The notes: a model not told the origin generated them from the sequence alone. A stretch of DNA of 63,996 nt, filler included, from Phoronis australis (GCA_002633005.1; 10 parts of 10 records of this genome joined end to end with filler, not necessarily neighbours in it), one strand, 5' to 3'. Positions 35,678 through 48,740 are shown, counted from the first letter of the whole stretch. Numbers and translations: made by a program.

Positions 35678-37039
35678 AGGCTAGGTAAGTTGAATTATGA
35701 GAATCGCCACGGCTTGCTTCAGATTGCTGTCACTTCAATAAGTTTAATTCACCTAACAGTTTGATGTACTGAGATTAAAGAGAAGCAATAAAGTTTAAAA
35801 ATAAAGCAAAATAAGCGCACTTTTTATTTTTAAGAATACATCGCATGAGTTACGTACTTTTTCGCAAAAATAGTCGAGACATTTGACTCGTCGACATACA
35901 CACTGTGAAATAAAAAATACAAAGACAATTAGCCAATGCAATGTTTCCATTTGCCTTGGTTTGTTGTTACATGACGTCATTTATGTTAAACGTCAAATGA
36001 CAAGATTTTTAGAGACACCAAAATCGTCAATATCAGTCTGATACAGAAGGAAGACATCTGCATTGTTTTGCTTCTATTTAATCAACACTGAACTCTTCAA
36101 GGTAGATCACAATTTTCAAGTAAAATAGTGCCATTATGAAAAAAGCTGGCACCAAACAACGATAGAAGGAGTCAAGAAACGCTGACAGCAGACGGGTGTT
36201 TTGCTAAAACAGCATTGATTATAGGTTTGAGTTTTCTAGAGATATCATAGTTCTGACATCAATGTATACTGCGCAACTATGGCAAAACGTTTTTCGCTTG
36301 ATTTGAAACTGGTTTTGGCAGGGTTTTGATGAGGACGTTATTGATGTAATTCACCTATTTCTGAATACCCAGATCAAAGACAGCAGACCTTTTACCGTGA
36401 CCATGCGTAGGAATTTTCATCGGTAAATTTTGGCCTCCAGTTTTTGGAAGTTGCACATTAGAATTTTTCCATCGAAACACTGCACACGATCCGTGAAATA
36501 CAGCTCTACCGTGAATGCCTTCATGATCCACTTTTCCGTATTAAACTAGATGTGTGTATTTCATGGCAATTCTCTTACACAAACACTATGAAATAAATTT
36601 TTGTTATCACTGTATGAACTGCGGTCACGGTGCTTCACATATTGTCGCATTAACTCGTGTACAGACACACCCATCAATACTTGCATGAAAACACAAACGT
36701 TAAACATCACAAAACGGCCAACAACCTTAAGTTTTGTTGTTGGTCACCCCTTATTTTATGATTTTAGACTATTTTAACTGTTTGGAGTAGAAAAAGGGAG
36801 TACTTCGAGAGCGATCGCACAATGTTGAATATATTCAACAAACGCGTATGTTTTTAAATATACGTGTTTGAAAAATCGTAAAAATTAATATTTATGTTTG
36901 ACACTTGAACTAAACAAAAATCGTGAGTAGCATCCTCGTTTCTAAAGATAAAAATGAGATCACACCTAATAATAGGATATTTATTATGACTAGACTAGTG
37001 TTCTGGAAAATAGGTTCGCCATTGGTCTCTAGAGGCATT

Positions 37040-37975
37040 GTAGTATGTTAAAAATGGTCATTTAATTAGAGACGTGGTTGAACTTAGCAGACGTTTCCAC
37101 CTGGTCCGCCAGGTCTTTGTCGATGAATGAGAGATTTCCCGCCTTTCACTCGTTAAGAATGCTGCAGTACACGGGGGGGGGGGCTAAGTGGAGTCCTCTG
37201 TCCCGGTTCAAGAAGGGTCGCTGACTGTTGACGTTTATGGCCTCTTTGAGCTTATATACGAGTATGTCAATTTTGTTCCTTGTCTAGGATCCTGGATGAC
37301 GACAGAGAGATGGTATGCCCAGTTGCCAAAATATGTTCCCCCAGAGCTCTTGGTCTGTCTAGTTTCAAATGTTCTTTGAATCTGGTAAGGAACAGTCTCT
37401 TGGTTTCTACAATGTAGGTGTGGTTGGGATCCTGGTCACATTTCAGCTGGTATATGACCTCACATTGTTTGGCCATTGGGGTTGGGTCTTTGGGTCTGAC
37501 TTATAGTAGGGAACGGAGGGTGTTGATGGGTTTCATGAAAGAGGAAATACCGTGGCTTCTGTAAGTGTGTTATAGGCGTTCAGATATTCTTCTTATGTAC
37601 ATGTATGGGATGGCAACGGATAGGTCGTCGAGCTTTTCAGTAGATTTACGGCTAGGGGGGGTCAGTAAACACCCATTCTTGGTATTCATTAGCTCGCAAC
37701 GCATCCCCAACGTTGTCTATCTCTTCGACATAGTCACGGTAGTCAGTGATGTAACGATCACTTCTGTCCAGGAGGGTACGAGCGACAGAATATTTGTGCT
37801 TTAAGGGGTGGTTGGAAGAAAACTGGAGGTATTGGTCCGTATGTGTCGACTTCCTGTAGATCTTGATTTTGATTGAACCATTATCGACCACGTGTATGCA
37901 GAGATCCAAGAACGGAAAGGTTCTGTTGATTTCTGTCTCCATGGTGAACTGAATGCAGTTGTCAATACCGTTACA
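37040..37975 (-). mobile_element. Penelope-like retroelement: RT C-terminus plus GIY-YIG endonuclease (decayed)
   Basis: IQFTMETE...FPFLDL...IYRKSTHTDQYLQFSSNHPLKHK and VIYQLKC...YIVETKRLFLTRFKEH. Confidence 0.92.
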
Positions 37976-38084
37976 TAGTCACGGTAGTCAGTGATGTAAC
38001 GATCAGCTCTGTCCAGGAGGGGTGGGGGGAGGGATGGGGGGCTGGGGACAACACCATGAANGACTTTGTCGACAGAGTCAAGAA

Positions 38085-38495
38085 CCTGGTAGTTGCTGTA
38101 GGACACAAGTTAGTGTCATATGATGTCAGTGCTCTTTTCACTAGAAAGTGTCCCTGTAGACAAGGCCCTCGCTATCGTACGCAAGAGATTGTCTGATGAC
38201 CCCCCCTCTTAGTCTTCACACTGAACTGTCCGTTGAGCAAATTCACAAGCTATTGGGCTTTTGTCTTAATACTACATATTTCTTATGCAACAACAGTTTC
38301 TACCAGCAATACCATGGAGCTGCTATGGGATCCCCTGTGTCTCCCATCATAGCCGACATATACATGGAAGAGTTTGAAAAGACAGCTCTGTAGTCTTCTC
38401 ACAAACCCCCACCCATCTGGCTCAGATACGTGGACGACACTTTTGTCATGCTCCCAGAAAATGACATCTCCACCTTCACTGATCACATCAACAGT
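38085..38495 (+). mobile_element. Penelope-like RT core, inverted relative to 37040-37975
   Basis: LVSYDVSALFT...FYQQYHGAAMGSPVSPIIADIYMEEFE...WLRYVDDTFV...FTDHINS, with a frameshift and a stop. Confidence 0.92.
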
Positions 38496-39164
38496 AGGAG
38501 ATATGACAGAGGAAGTGCAGTATGAATTGGAAAGAGACAATCTGCACTTTAAGATTGCCAAGGATGTAGCATTATAAACATGCAAAGGGAGGAAACAGTA
38601 CAGTGGCTGAACCCGTAAATACTCTGGCGGATCAGCTAAATCGACCGGTGGCATTATTATGTCAGCACAGCTGTGTAGGGAAGTAGGCTTGTATTGTTGC
38701 AAGCTTTGTTTGCAGAAGAACTGCTGTGTCAACTGGACAAATCTAAATTTACCTGTATTGAATTTTTTTTGCAACCTCCGATCATGATGCTGGGACAGTG
38801 AATCATGTTGGTAAAGCCACATGGTAATGGGTACATTATTCGTTTTGTTTAGCCACTGGATTTTTTGGTCTGATAGTATTTGTCAGTGTGGCCAACACAT
38901 ATAGACTTTTGTTTCGTGATTTCTGACCGCTGTACTGTTTCTTTTCCTTGAAATTGTGAAATTGATCTGAATTTATTTTTTCGCTTTAAACTATTTACCA
39001 TCATAGATTTTTGTTTGTAAAGAGTATTTAGTACTGACATTTTTTTTTTTTTTTTTTTTTTTTTNNNNNNNNNNNNNNNNNNNNNNNNNNNNNNNNNNNN
39101 NNNNNNNNTTAATTAATTAANNNNNNNNNNNNNNNNNNNNNNNNNNNNNNNNNNNNNNNNNNNN

Positions 39165-41854
39165 CTACGGGGGGGTTCAGGGGGTTTAAACCCCCCCCTT
39201 GGGCCACGACCCAAAAATAAAAAAAAACAAAACGTCCCCAGCAAAACAAAAACGGCACTGTCAGCGTGTGTAAACCTCAAGTAAACCAACTTGGAAAAAA
39301 TTGAGGGGGGTTCACTCTATATTTTTTGCATTGTGAATTGCTGATCTGAAAATCAACGCATTTCGATTCTTCGTTGCTCATCGGCAAAATGCGCGGAGAT
39401 CAATTGTGCGCGCGCTTCCGTCGACACTTCTGAAGTAGCCAAGCATTTTAGATGGCTCCACCGCTGAAAGAGCAGCTCTATAGTCGATTTCTTTAGATAA
39501 CTAGCTTCTTTACTCTAAGATATGTTTTGATTTGATTAGGGAAAATACTGTGGTGCCGCAACCCTGATATTCAAGCGAATTGACGTGCAACGTTTTTACC
39601 TCATCTGTCATGCCGTGTCATGCTATTACACTCCACACGTTTGTAACTCGAATTTAGCTGGTGTATAGTACAGTTGTCTTGCGCAATATCATACAGTGTA
39701 CATGTAATATTTTTGAAAAAAAATCGTTTTCCGAAGAATTGCTATTTTGGCGGGCGCCGTGGTCCGATTCCGTTTGAAGATGCACTTTAACTAGTTATGT
39801 CTATACAAGGAATGACCAAGGAGGCACTCACATTGACAAAGTGACCGCATTCGCGAACAGTGTACAGCACCAGAAGTTGCGGGGAGGCTGTACTTTCACA
39901 ACAAAGTCTTGCAGGACTCGTGCGATGTTCAATAGACATCCTAAGGAGCCCTAGTTCCGACCTCAACACCTACCGTCTTTCTACCCGCAATAAGCACCAC
40001 TGCCGTCTTCTATACTGGGAATTTCCGCAGAAAGTCCCACCCGACGAAACGCCCATGCCCATTGGCATTTATTTGATGTTAGTACTTCGGGTTTCAAGCG
40101 TTCAGACATTGGGACGTTTATTTCGAAAATTGCAAGAGATGCAAATAGGTCCTGGGATACATCGTCAAGGTTTGAAGTAGTCCATGATGAACGGATCAAA
40201 TTTAGTTGCGCATGTAAGTCTTTTGAATGGACTTGGCAACCTCAGGGGGCTTGGTGCCAACTGAGCTGCGAAACGAGATGCTGACATTGCAGAGGCTTAC
40301 AAGCTCATTGACAGAGCAGTTGACGAAGTGCAAGCGTTGGGATCAAACATCGAAGATGTCTGGGTAGAATGGTTCCAAGACGAGCAAACCATTGGATCCG
40401 ATAATAATACAGATTCCTCGGCAGTCTAGACAACAGAAGGATATGACTAACGTTCCTGGAGAAACACCCAGGTAATAAGTTATAATTCTACACAGTTTGT
40501 AAATAATTTCGGTTTTTTTATTGCTTGTGTACAATGAAAACGAAATAGAAATTATTTTTGGACATACCAAATTTACCCAGTACAGCAAAGGGTCTACGAG
40601 CGCACAGAAACTGATTCTGGTTTGTATTTCAACTTGAGTCTATCTGCTTCATATCCAAAATCTATTTCACGTAGTGCGTAGTTAAATTTATACTCAATAC
40701 TTGTTTCTTCCAGTGAGTACTACAGAACGGTGCGAAAACCCTTCCTAGACAACCTCTCGCAACAGTTGACCACCAGATGTGTAAAATACACGTACGAGCA
40801 ACCACTGGGGATTAAGAAGTGTCTAGAGAGAAGTTTTCAATTAAAAATTTTTTCATAGTACACTTTAGGTCTCGCGACGGACTAGGCCATCTTGATTTGT
40901 GTAGATATTGAGTTTCAGTGTACTTCTGGTCCATCGGCGTACCTTGTGATGTTTTTTTACTAAAGTGTGCTTTGTAAAACTATTTATCTCAGCCAGTACA
41001 GCTGTTTGGTCCCGCGACAGATCGACTATTTTTAAAGGGATAATAAGCACAGGTGTACTTTTGGTCTCATGACGGACCAGGCCAGCCTTTTGTGTGCTCT
41101 CAGTGTACGCCTGGCCCCTTTGCGATCTGGTCCTGCATATCTTTTCACCACGGTTTACAGAATGTTTTGGTTTCGTGAAACTGTTTTCAGGTGATTTATT
41201 TCCTGATACATTTGACGTTTTTCAATTGTTGTCAACGTGATTCAGCTTAATAAAGTGATACTTAATTGTTTATTGTCGCTTTTAATAATAGACTATGAGC
41301 TGAGAGCACCATCATTCGCCAGTTGTTCTCGTAACGAGACAGAACAAATGTTTATTTCCGGACTAACAGTACAGGTCTTCGTTCTTAATCAACTTGAGGC
41401 TGCTGTTACGCGATCATCTGATATTCAAGTTTTTACGCGCCCTCGGTGCTCCTTATGCTCTTGAATATTTGGTAGTTGTCCAAACCCCTGTATACACACC
41501 ACACTTTTTCGTATACGACTTTTCGTATGCTAAAAAGGTGTGTGTAAGCAGATGTTCCAACAAAAATTTTTGCTGGTGGCGTAACTCATACCCAGAGGTG
41601 CACAAATATGGTTTCACGAATCTTATGAGCCAAGTTCATGTGACAAAATCGAGAAGGGTTTTAAATTATCTTAAGAAAAACTCCAGAAACTTAACAGGAT
41701 TATGGAAATTTCACTATTTGGCAACAAAAACAAAAAATTATCTTACCACGGGAGGGGAAAATCCCCCTCCCGACCTCCCCGCGCTCGGCGCCACGCGCCT
41801 CGTATTCGACCTTTGCGGGAATCCTAAACCCCTGAAAACGTAGATCCGCCACTG
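39165..41854 (+). mobile_element. Decayed hAT transposon with intron-containing PRKRIR/THAP12-like transposase remnant
   Basis: Right end CGTAGATCCGCCACTG, left end truncated at the linker (CTACGGGG). Remnant ~40200-40780 reads KRDADIAEAYKLID...IPRQSRQQKDMTNVPGETP, intron 40472-40713, then SEYYRTVRKPFLDNLSQQLTTR. Confidence 0.8.
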
Positions 41855-42194
41855 GATCCGGTTACTCAAATCATAGGCAATGCGTACATGCTCCATTTTC
41901 GAGTTCGTAATTTTGAGTTGGCCAACCCAAATAAATTTTGAAGCGCTTTCTTGCGTCACTGGTGGTTTTAAGGTTTTAATTGATAACGGAAGCTGGTTCT
42001 TTTCGTGGTAAGGAATCATACGAGATCGATTTTATCTGGTTAAAAGACCTGGAACGATTTTCGCTTTTAGCCCACTAAACAGAGTGAAATCCAGCTACAC
42101 TAGAACGCAAGTAGGAGTAGGATAATTAGAGGCTACGAAAATACACGAGGTGTTCTACTTATGTCTTGCTTTTATTTTTTCACCTCTGTTTCAG

Positions 42195-42345
42195 TTCTCA
42201 TGCTTACGAAGATGAAATTGTCTGGGCAGCCACGTGGTTGTATGGCAGAACGCGTTACCAGAAGTATCTGAAGATAGCAGAGGCAAATTACCAAGGAGGC
42301 CTGTCTTGGGCTTTCGACTGGGATGACAAAAACGCTGGCTACCAG
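42195..42345 (+). CDS. Glycoside hydrolase family 9 endoglucanase (cellulase) exon
   Basis: CAG acceptor, SHAYEDEIVWAATWLYGRTRYQKYLKIAEANYQGGLSWAFDWDDKNAGYQ, GTATGG donor. Has the GH9 motifs DELxWAAxWLY and FxWDDK. Confidence 0.9.
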
Positions 42346-44269
42346 GTATGGCTATTTCGTAAATTGGAAACGAAACAATTCTAAACAGCGATTAACCGAA
42401 AATTAGAACCACAAAAATCCGTTGTATTATACTGCATGGGACCCGCGTCAGGAAGATAATAGGCCCAATAACAACAACCGACATCACGACAGACGTTACT
42501 ATTACCAAGAATGTATTCGACGGGGACTGATTCCGCACCAAATATTCGCGTAATAAACACCGAAATGAATGAATAAACGGGAAAAATTTTCTTTTGAAGA
42601 GTTAATTCAGTGGGCTAGTTCGAAGACAAAGTCCTGGCGAGACAGTGTCCGGGCCTCGGTTCTCATTTGGCAAATCTTTGATATGGACAAAAAGATGACA
42701 TATCTGTGGCACTGCACTAAAGACTGGAACAAAGGTTGAGGCATTGGCCACCTTCTTCTACTATAAACAGTGCTGTAGTGGGGCGTAGGCGCACGTAGGC
42801 GCAGCCAACCACCTTTTTGGTATTTGAGCGTAGCGCTTACACACCGTAAGTTAAGTTCAGTGCTCAAGGTGATACGGTGGGCTTTGGGCGCCTACTTACC
42901 TCTAATTTTACCACTACATCACTGACTATAAAAGTACTTTTAACGGACAGAATAAGTGAGAAACTCGCACAGTTCAGTCGTCGTGGTTTGGCCAGTAAAT
43001 TTCTGAATAGGCTTGACCGTTTCACATGGAGTACTCGTACGCGGCGGCGAACGAGTGCGCGTAAAATCCCGAGGCCCTGCGTTCGCTTCACTCATTTGGG
43101 AAAATTGTTTATCGCTTACATCGTTTCCTCGATTTCTCTCGCTGCCGAATAGCATTCGACTTCAAGAAAGAAGCGCGTTCGCTGGATCGAGTTCAACGAA
43201 CTGAAGCCATGACTCGGTAAGACAGAGAAAAAGAATAAACACGCCGGAGTTTTGCGCTTTAGTAATAACTTTAGGTAAGTCTCACATATACCGCCAGATA
43301 TTTGTGAAAGTAAGCTGTTTATGTAACAATTGTATATTGAGTTTCTTTTCCGTCACGGGAACCAAAGGAAAGGAGGCATCAAGTGGGGGCGGGTGTACGC
43401 ACGGTCGTTTCGGAGTTTTCTTGTCTGATGAACCGGATAGCCAACATCCGGCCCTTGTTATCGCGTTTAAATGTATAGACATAATTTGAAATAAAAATCA
43501 TATTCAAATGCTTCAAGAGTTGCTCATTATCGTAAAACAATGAATGCTTTACGTTTTTTTGTTTTTTTGAAAAACTGTTTAGAACCTCCTTAAGGCTTTT
43601 AAGTCTTGGAGATCTTTGACTTGAAATTAGTTCAATTTAAGAGCATGTTCGCGAATGGACCAGGCAGAGGGTGATAAACGCTATGTCACAGATTCTCTTT
43701 ATATTTTGTCTGTGAGATGACACTGGCCCCACTGACTCCAGACCACCTTTATTTTTTTCAAAACGCCCCCTTTTGGTTTCCATGGATACTATTTGTTTCC
43801 GACAAGTTTTCAGCGTGGCGGCAGTTCAGTTTTAGTAAAATTCCGACAGTTACGTTACGCAGTGGAAGTAACGTTGAAATATTGAACCTGTNNNNNNNNN
43901 NNNNNNNNNNNNNNNNNNNNNNNNNNNNNNNNNNNTTAATTAATTAANNNNNNNNNNNNNNNNNNNNNNNNNNNNNNNNNNNNNNNNNNNNCGCAACCTT
44001 AACCCTTAGATTAGCTACAGGATTCAGAGCTGAAACCAACATAAGAGGAATATGTTCTTGTTATGAAATGCTGTGCATACCCTTCTGCACTCCGTTTGAA
44101 GACATCGAGTTTGGCGCTTGTGGGAAACGGGTCACAGCAACCGTATGCACTTTAAGGCAAAAGACGCACCGAATTTCTTTCTGAGACTATCAAAAGTTTC
44201 TGCATGTATTCTTCCACTTAAACGTTCCTGCGATTTGTGGATATTCATCTTTTACTCGAGTCTAACAAT

Positions 44270-44615
44270 GATGACTACGACCAAAACGGTGATGACAGTT
44301 ATGAGGGCTTCGAGGCTGTGGGTGCAGTTGGTTCGTGGTGGTGACCGGGTGGTGGTGGTGGCTTAGGATGGTTGGTGGTGATTTTAGTTACTTAGTTGGT
44401 TGGTGCTGGTGGTAACGATGGTGACATTGGTGTTAATGCTCGTGGTCCTGACGATACTCTTGACGGTGACCGCAGCAATCCTGCTGTTAAAGGGCGTTGT
44501 GGCCGTATTGGTGATGGTGTCCAGGATAATGATCATGATTCTGATCATCAATGGTGTTGTGGTGCTGGTGGCGATGATAGCGATAGTGATAGAGATATTC
44601 ATGATGGTGAAGACT
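44270..44615. repeat. Degenerate (GGT/GAT)n low-complexity tract
   Basis: Trinucleotide-periodic sequence that produces spurious ORFs. Confidence 0.8.
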
Positions 44616-44765
44616 ATAACAAGACACAGGGCTAAGTAAAAACGTTAACTATTTGAAGTTTTCAACGTTTCTCTGTCGCTTAAAACTTACCTCTCCGTCA
44701 ACGAAAGGGCTTATGTTGCTAGAGTGCGCTAAAAAAAAAACGTGTCCGCCTATGAATCGACTTAC

Positions 44766-44941
44766 GTTGGTAGAGTACGGTTTGGTTAGCGGACAAGATT
44801 GTATCGTTAATTGAAGATCTCCGTGTTTTCACCACACAAGAATAAACGCCCTCGAACACTTCCTTGGCCACTTCATTCTCTAATGCATCGCCGTTCAATG
44901 TTAACGTATCATCTCCATTTCCACTGACGGTGAACTCATCT
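44766..44941 (-). CDS. Immunoglobulin-like domain exon (second half)
   Basis: CAG acceptor, (G)DEFTVSGNGDDTLTLNG...FEGVYSCVVKT...NQTVLYQ, GTAAGT donor. Contains the Ig F-strand motif xGxYxC. Confidence 0.75.
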
Positions 44942-45039
44942 CTGAAATTCAATATATTATACGATAAGTCTACCGTCAAAGTAAGACAATCAAAAGATGG
45001 TTTGCAACATCTCTCTTAAGTGTGTATTGTTGAACTAAC

Positions 45040-45195
45040 GGTGATGGTGGGGGTGGTGGCGGCGGCGACGGTGGTGATGATGGTGGTGGTGGTGGTGATG
45101 GTGGTTGTGGTGGTGGTGGTNNNNNNNNNNNNNNNNNNNNNNNNNNNNNNNNNNNNNNNNNNNNGTGGTGAGGGGTGGTGGTGGTGGTGGTGACG
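45040..45195. repeat. (GGT)n microsatellite spanning a small gap
   Basis: Directly visible, with N at 45121-45164. Confidence 0.9.
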
Positions 45196-45291
45196 TTAAT
45201 GATGATGATTTAATAATTCTATTTTTGTTATCTAGTAATGTTCTTGCTGAAAGTTCACATCAAACAAGAGTTGTGGCTGCGACTCTCCTAC

Positions 45292-45457
45292 CCTGTAGTA
45301 ATAAGTATTCCGTGCTCCCGAGTCCACGAGGTTACAGTCTCTGTTGGAGGATTGGAGGTCGCTGCACACTTCAGATGTACCGGCGATTGCCAATTCTGAG
45401 GTCCAATGCTAGTTTTAGTCGGCGGCGGTCCACTTGTCCAAACTAGAGTAAACCTGC
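45292..45457 (-). CDS. Immunoglobulin-like domain exon (first half; acceptor uncertain)
   Basis: VWTSGPPPTKTSIGPQNWQSPVHLKCAATSNPPTETVTSWTREHGILITT then a donor. Shows LxCxAxxNP...W, and its phase-2 end joins 44941 in frame. Confidence 0.7.
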
Positions 45458-47107
45458 CTTAAAAGAAATGGTATGCCTTATTTCCTTGGCATCATATGAA
45501 GAAACTGAGTTTGTAGAAAAACGGCCATGGAAGACGGAGGTTCTGAAAATTGTGAAATTCAACAATACAATGCGACGTACCTTTTTCGCTAACATTGTCA
45601 ACACGAGCAAGAATGTGCATGTGATCGACAACACTGGCGGATCAAGGATGACGTGGAAGACCCGACCACGATTTTTATAGAACAAGCCTTCATGAGAGCA
45701 ATACACCACCAATCCACAGCCGAAGTTCCGCTCAATTATATTTGGACTTCACAAGTCTGGTGCAAATATTCGACGTTTTTCGTAAGGTATAGTAGTAGAT
45801 CGAGCGTTTTTGTTCTGTCTGTATCAATTAAAGACTGTTAAAATCCGACGTGAGTTTTTTTGGAACCTGTGAATTCCAAGTTATGTGACTAAAAAGGTTA
45901 GATTATCCTTTTTGTTTTATTATGTGCATTTAAGCTTCCCCATAAAGTCAGAAAATTCAACGCTTAAACTCGAAAGCAGCCAATAGCAAGCGAGCTGTAG
46001 ATTTGTACCGGAGGTAGGTGCAATCTAGTTAGTAAAGCTACCCTAAGTAAGTGTTTGAGTCTATGTACTGGTTATGTGCAATCTAGCCTGTATACATAGC
46101 TTTGCAACAATGTGGGTAAAAAGTGATCAATGGCGTATGCGTGAACTTGGAATTGAATATTCATTAAGACAAATCAAGTGAATTTTTTTTTCATTATTAA
46201 AGAATATTTGCAGTTATTTTTCTCACGATCAGAAATTTTCTTTTTTACCGTATCTTGTGTCACAGAATCGCAGGAATAAGTGAAGTTGACAGCGCCAGTT
46301 AACTTCGCAGTAAACAGGTGGATTTAAGAGCTGAGCGTCGAAGCTGCGGTGCAGTATGAAAGGTCAACTTCGGGTCCATCAAAGTTATTGCCAGGTGCCA
46401 CTCTTATCGTCAACAAGTAGGCCTACAGGGTAGTGCCGTCGCTAATGGTTGCTTGTATTTTGCTCTAATAATCACCAATCGAATTAATAATAGTTTTATT
46501 TCAATTTTCACATGTAAATGTTCCCAAATCTCCACATTAAAAAGCTTAGCGTGCAGCGCTACCTCGCGATTGCTTTGATGACAACAGTTCACGTACCGTT
46601 TACTTCGAAGTCCGTTAACTACAGAAGAAACTAGAAAGATTATTGTCACGGCGTGACAATAACGGACTCTGCGCGTGCGTATAACTGGTATTATTATGGG
46701 AAGTTACTGACAGCAACCCGTTTACCAATATTAAAAATGAATTCTTTGAAATTGTAGGGGAAATTACATATTAAGTTTTTATGACCTTTCCACTAATTGA
46801 CCTCTTCCGGTGCATTATGAGCCCCGATGAGGGAGNNNNNNNNNNNNNNNNNNNNNNNNNNNNNNNNNNNNNNNNNNNNTTAATTAATTAANNNNNNNNN
46901 NNNNNNNNNNNNNNNNNNNNNNNNNNNNNNNNNNNTACCTGCATTCAAACTGGAGATCGGTGATTTACAAGTAAGAGGACATGAGAGAAAAATTTCACTG
47001 AATTAAGATATAATTTTTACGGAAATTATGTGTCTTATTTGTCGTAGCGTATATGTACAGTACGATGCGGTTTGTTGAACATGCGATAATTGCGCGTGCT
47101 CATTTAA

Positions 47108-48719
47108 AGGAGCATGCCACCCAGAAACAACTTTAAAATTTGTATCAATTTAGATCGAGTAGTTCTATTCCATAACGACACGTACGGTTGCGTTACCTGA
47201 CACCTGACGGCAGACGGAGGTGTTGAAGTTATCCAATGACGTCATCGGTTTCACACGCAGTCTGTTCAGCAGTTCACAACACGGGTTACTGGTGTCAGCT
47301 TGTCGCTTGAAATCATCTTTTCCCACCAATAAATCATCAAATGTCGATGTAAAACCCTTAAAAATACACCGAGTTCTTATAAAATCGTGTTGTTCTATTT
47401 CGCTCTTACGAATTTATTGGTATTTGAACACACCGTAGCCTACAAAGTTCAGCAGGCCAATAAGGTCCGTAGCAGGAGTTAGGGGTGTGTTCGGAGATAA
47501 TTTCGAAGTATTTTCCGTGAGATACAGACAGGAGAACCTAGATCTGTGTTGTTTAGACTTGTGATTTTTTTAGTTCTAAACACAAAACGCTTGTTATCCT
47601 GGCCAGTGGCTCGGAGCCCGATCACGATTGTCGCGGCCGGCCGGCGGGATCGGACTCGTTATCCCGGTCAGTGGCTCGGAAACTGATCAGACATCACGAA
47701 CATAAACCAGCCAAAGTTCAGTGGAAACTAAACTTCCAGTCAAGAAAATACTATACTAGTGAGCCAAAGTAATGTGCACTGATTAAGTTGGTGAATTAGC
47801 CACGAAACTGCAAATCTACTTACTCGTCGGGGGCCGAGGCGAATTCAGGTTCCGCTTTGGCCACAGCACCGTCAGGGCAGAAGTTTTACATTGACAATCA
47901 TTATTTGAGTAATGTTAATGTAATTAAGGTTCCCCTAACACCTGGCCGTGGGATGGAAATCGAGTTGTTTCACAACAGTTTCTGCCAGAAAACGGTAAAT
48001 TAGCATGAGCTCACACGGCCTCGGTGTTCAGTCAATTAGAGTCAAACTAATTGCACCTAAAGCCGGTATCGCAGTGATTTATTCATTGCTGGCTTCTCAA
48101 ATCATTTGCACTCACGAAAACTCCAAAGGCATTACAAATTGCATCTAATGAGACAGACTTTGTTTCAGTTTTATAAGTATTGGTTAGGGTGAGAATAATT
48201 CATTTTTGAAACAGAACGCTCAGTAATAAACACCAACATGGCAACTCGCGATCCCGACTTAGGACGAGCTAGACCTCATCAGTCCCGACTTCGCCGATGG
48301 ATCGCTCAGGCAACGGAACGTATGGAGTTATTTTGTAAGCTGAGCCGGCATTCGTGAGGCTGCAGGCCACAGACACGGAGATGTTTCACGGCCTCATACT
48401 TGCTATTTACAACGTACATTTCATTCTTCACTACCATGAGCTACTTCCTAAGCATTTTGGACTCTCGAGGAAGTAAAAAAACATATAACCGGCGCTTTAC
48501 TCGCAACTGCTTAGTTCGGACAAGTGGGGACGATGCACCGCAACATAGCGGCATTCACTCTGCATATGAACCACTGACGTCGCTAGCGTCGTTTCTCACC
48601 TTCCTCACAGGATAACGCGACACCTCTTGGCAAGGTAAAGTCGACCGTATGCGAGACGATGTGGATATAGACCAATTAAGACGGCAAAAAAGACTAATTA
48701 AATCGGTTGGCATTCTCCT
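47108..48719 (-). mobile_element. Non-autonomous Kolobok-type DNA transposon, second copy
   Basis: TTAA flanks, with TIR AGGAGCATGCCACCC / GGTTGGCATTCTCCT. Colinear reverse complement of 10873-12433. Confidence 0.85.
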
Positions 48720-48740
48720 TTAAGTATTCTATTTTCACTC

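Noticed and set aside
44384-44639. Hydrophobic, Thr-rich and Asp-rich ORFs resembling membrane proteins
   Set aside because: Translations of a degenerate trinucleotide repeat.
45543-45580. Second ultra-short (38-nt) GT-AG intron upstream of the Ig exons
   Set aside because: Splicing it leads to stops in every frame before the Ig exon.
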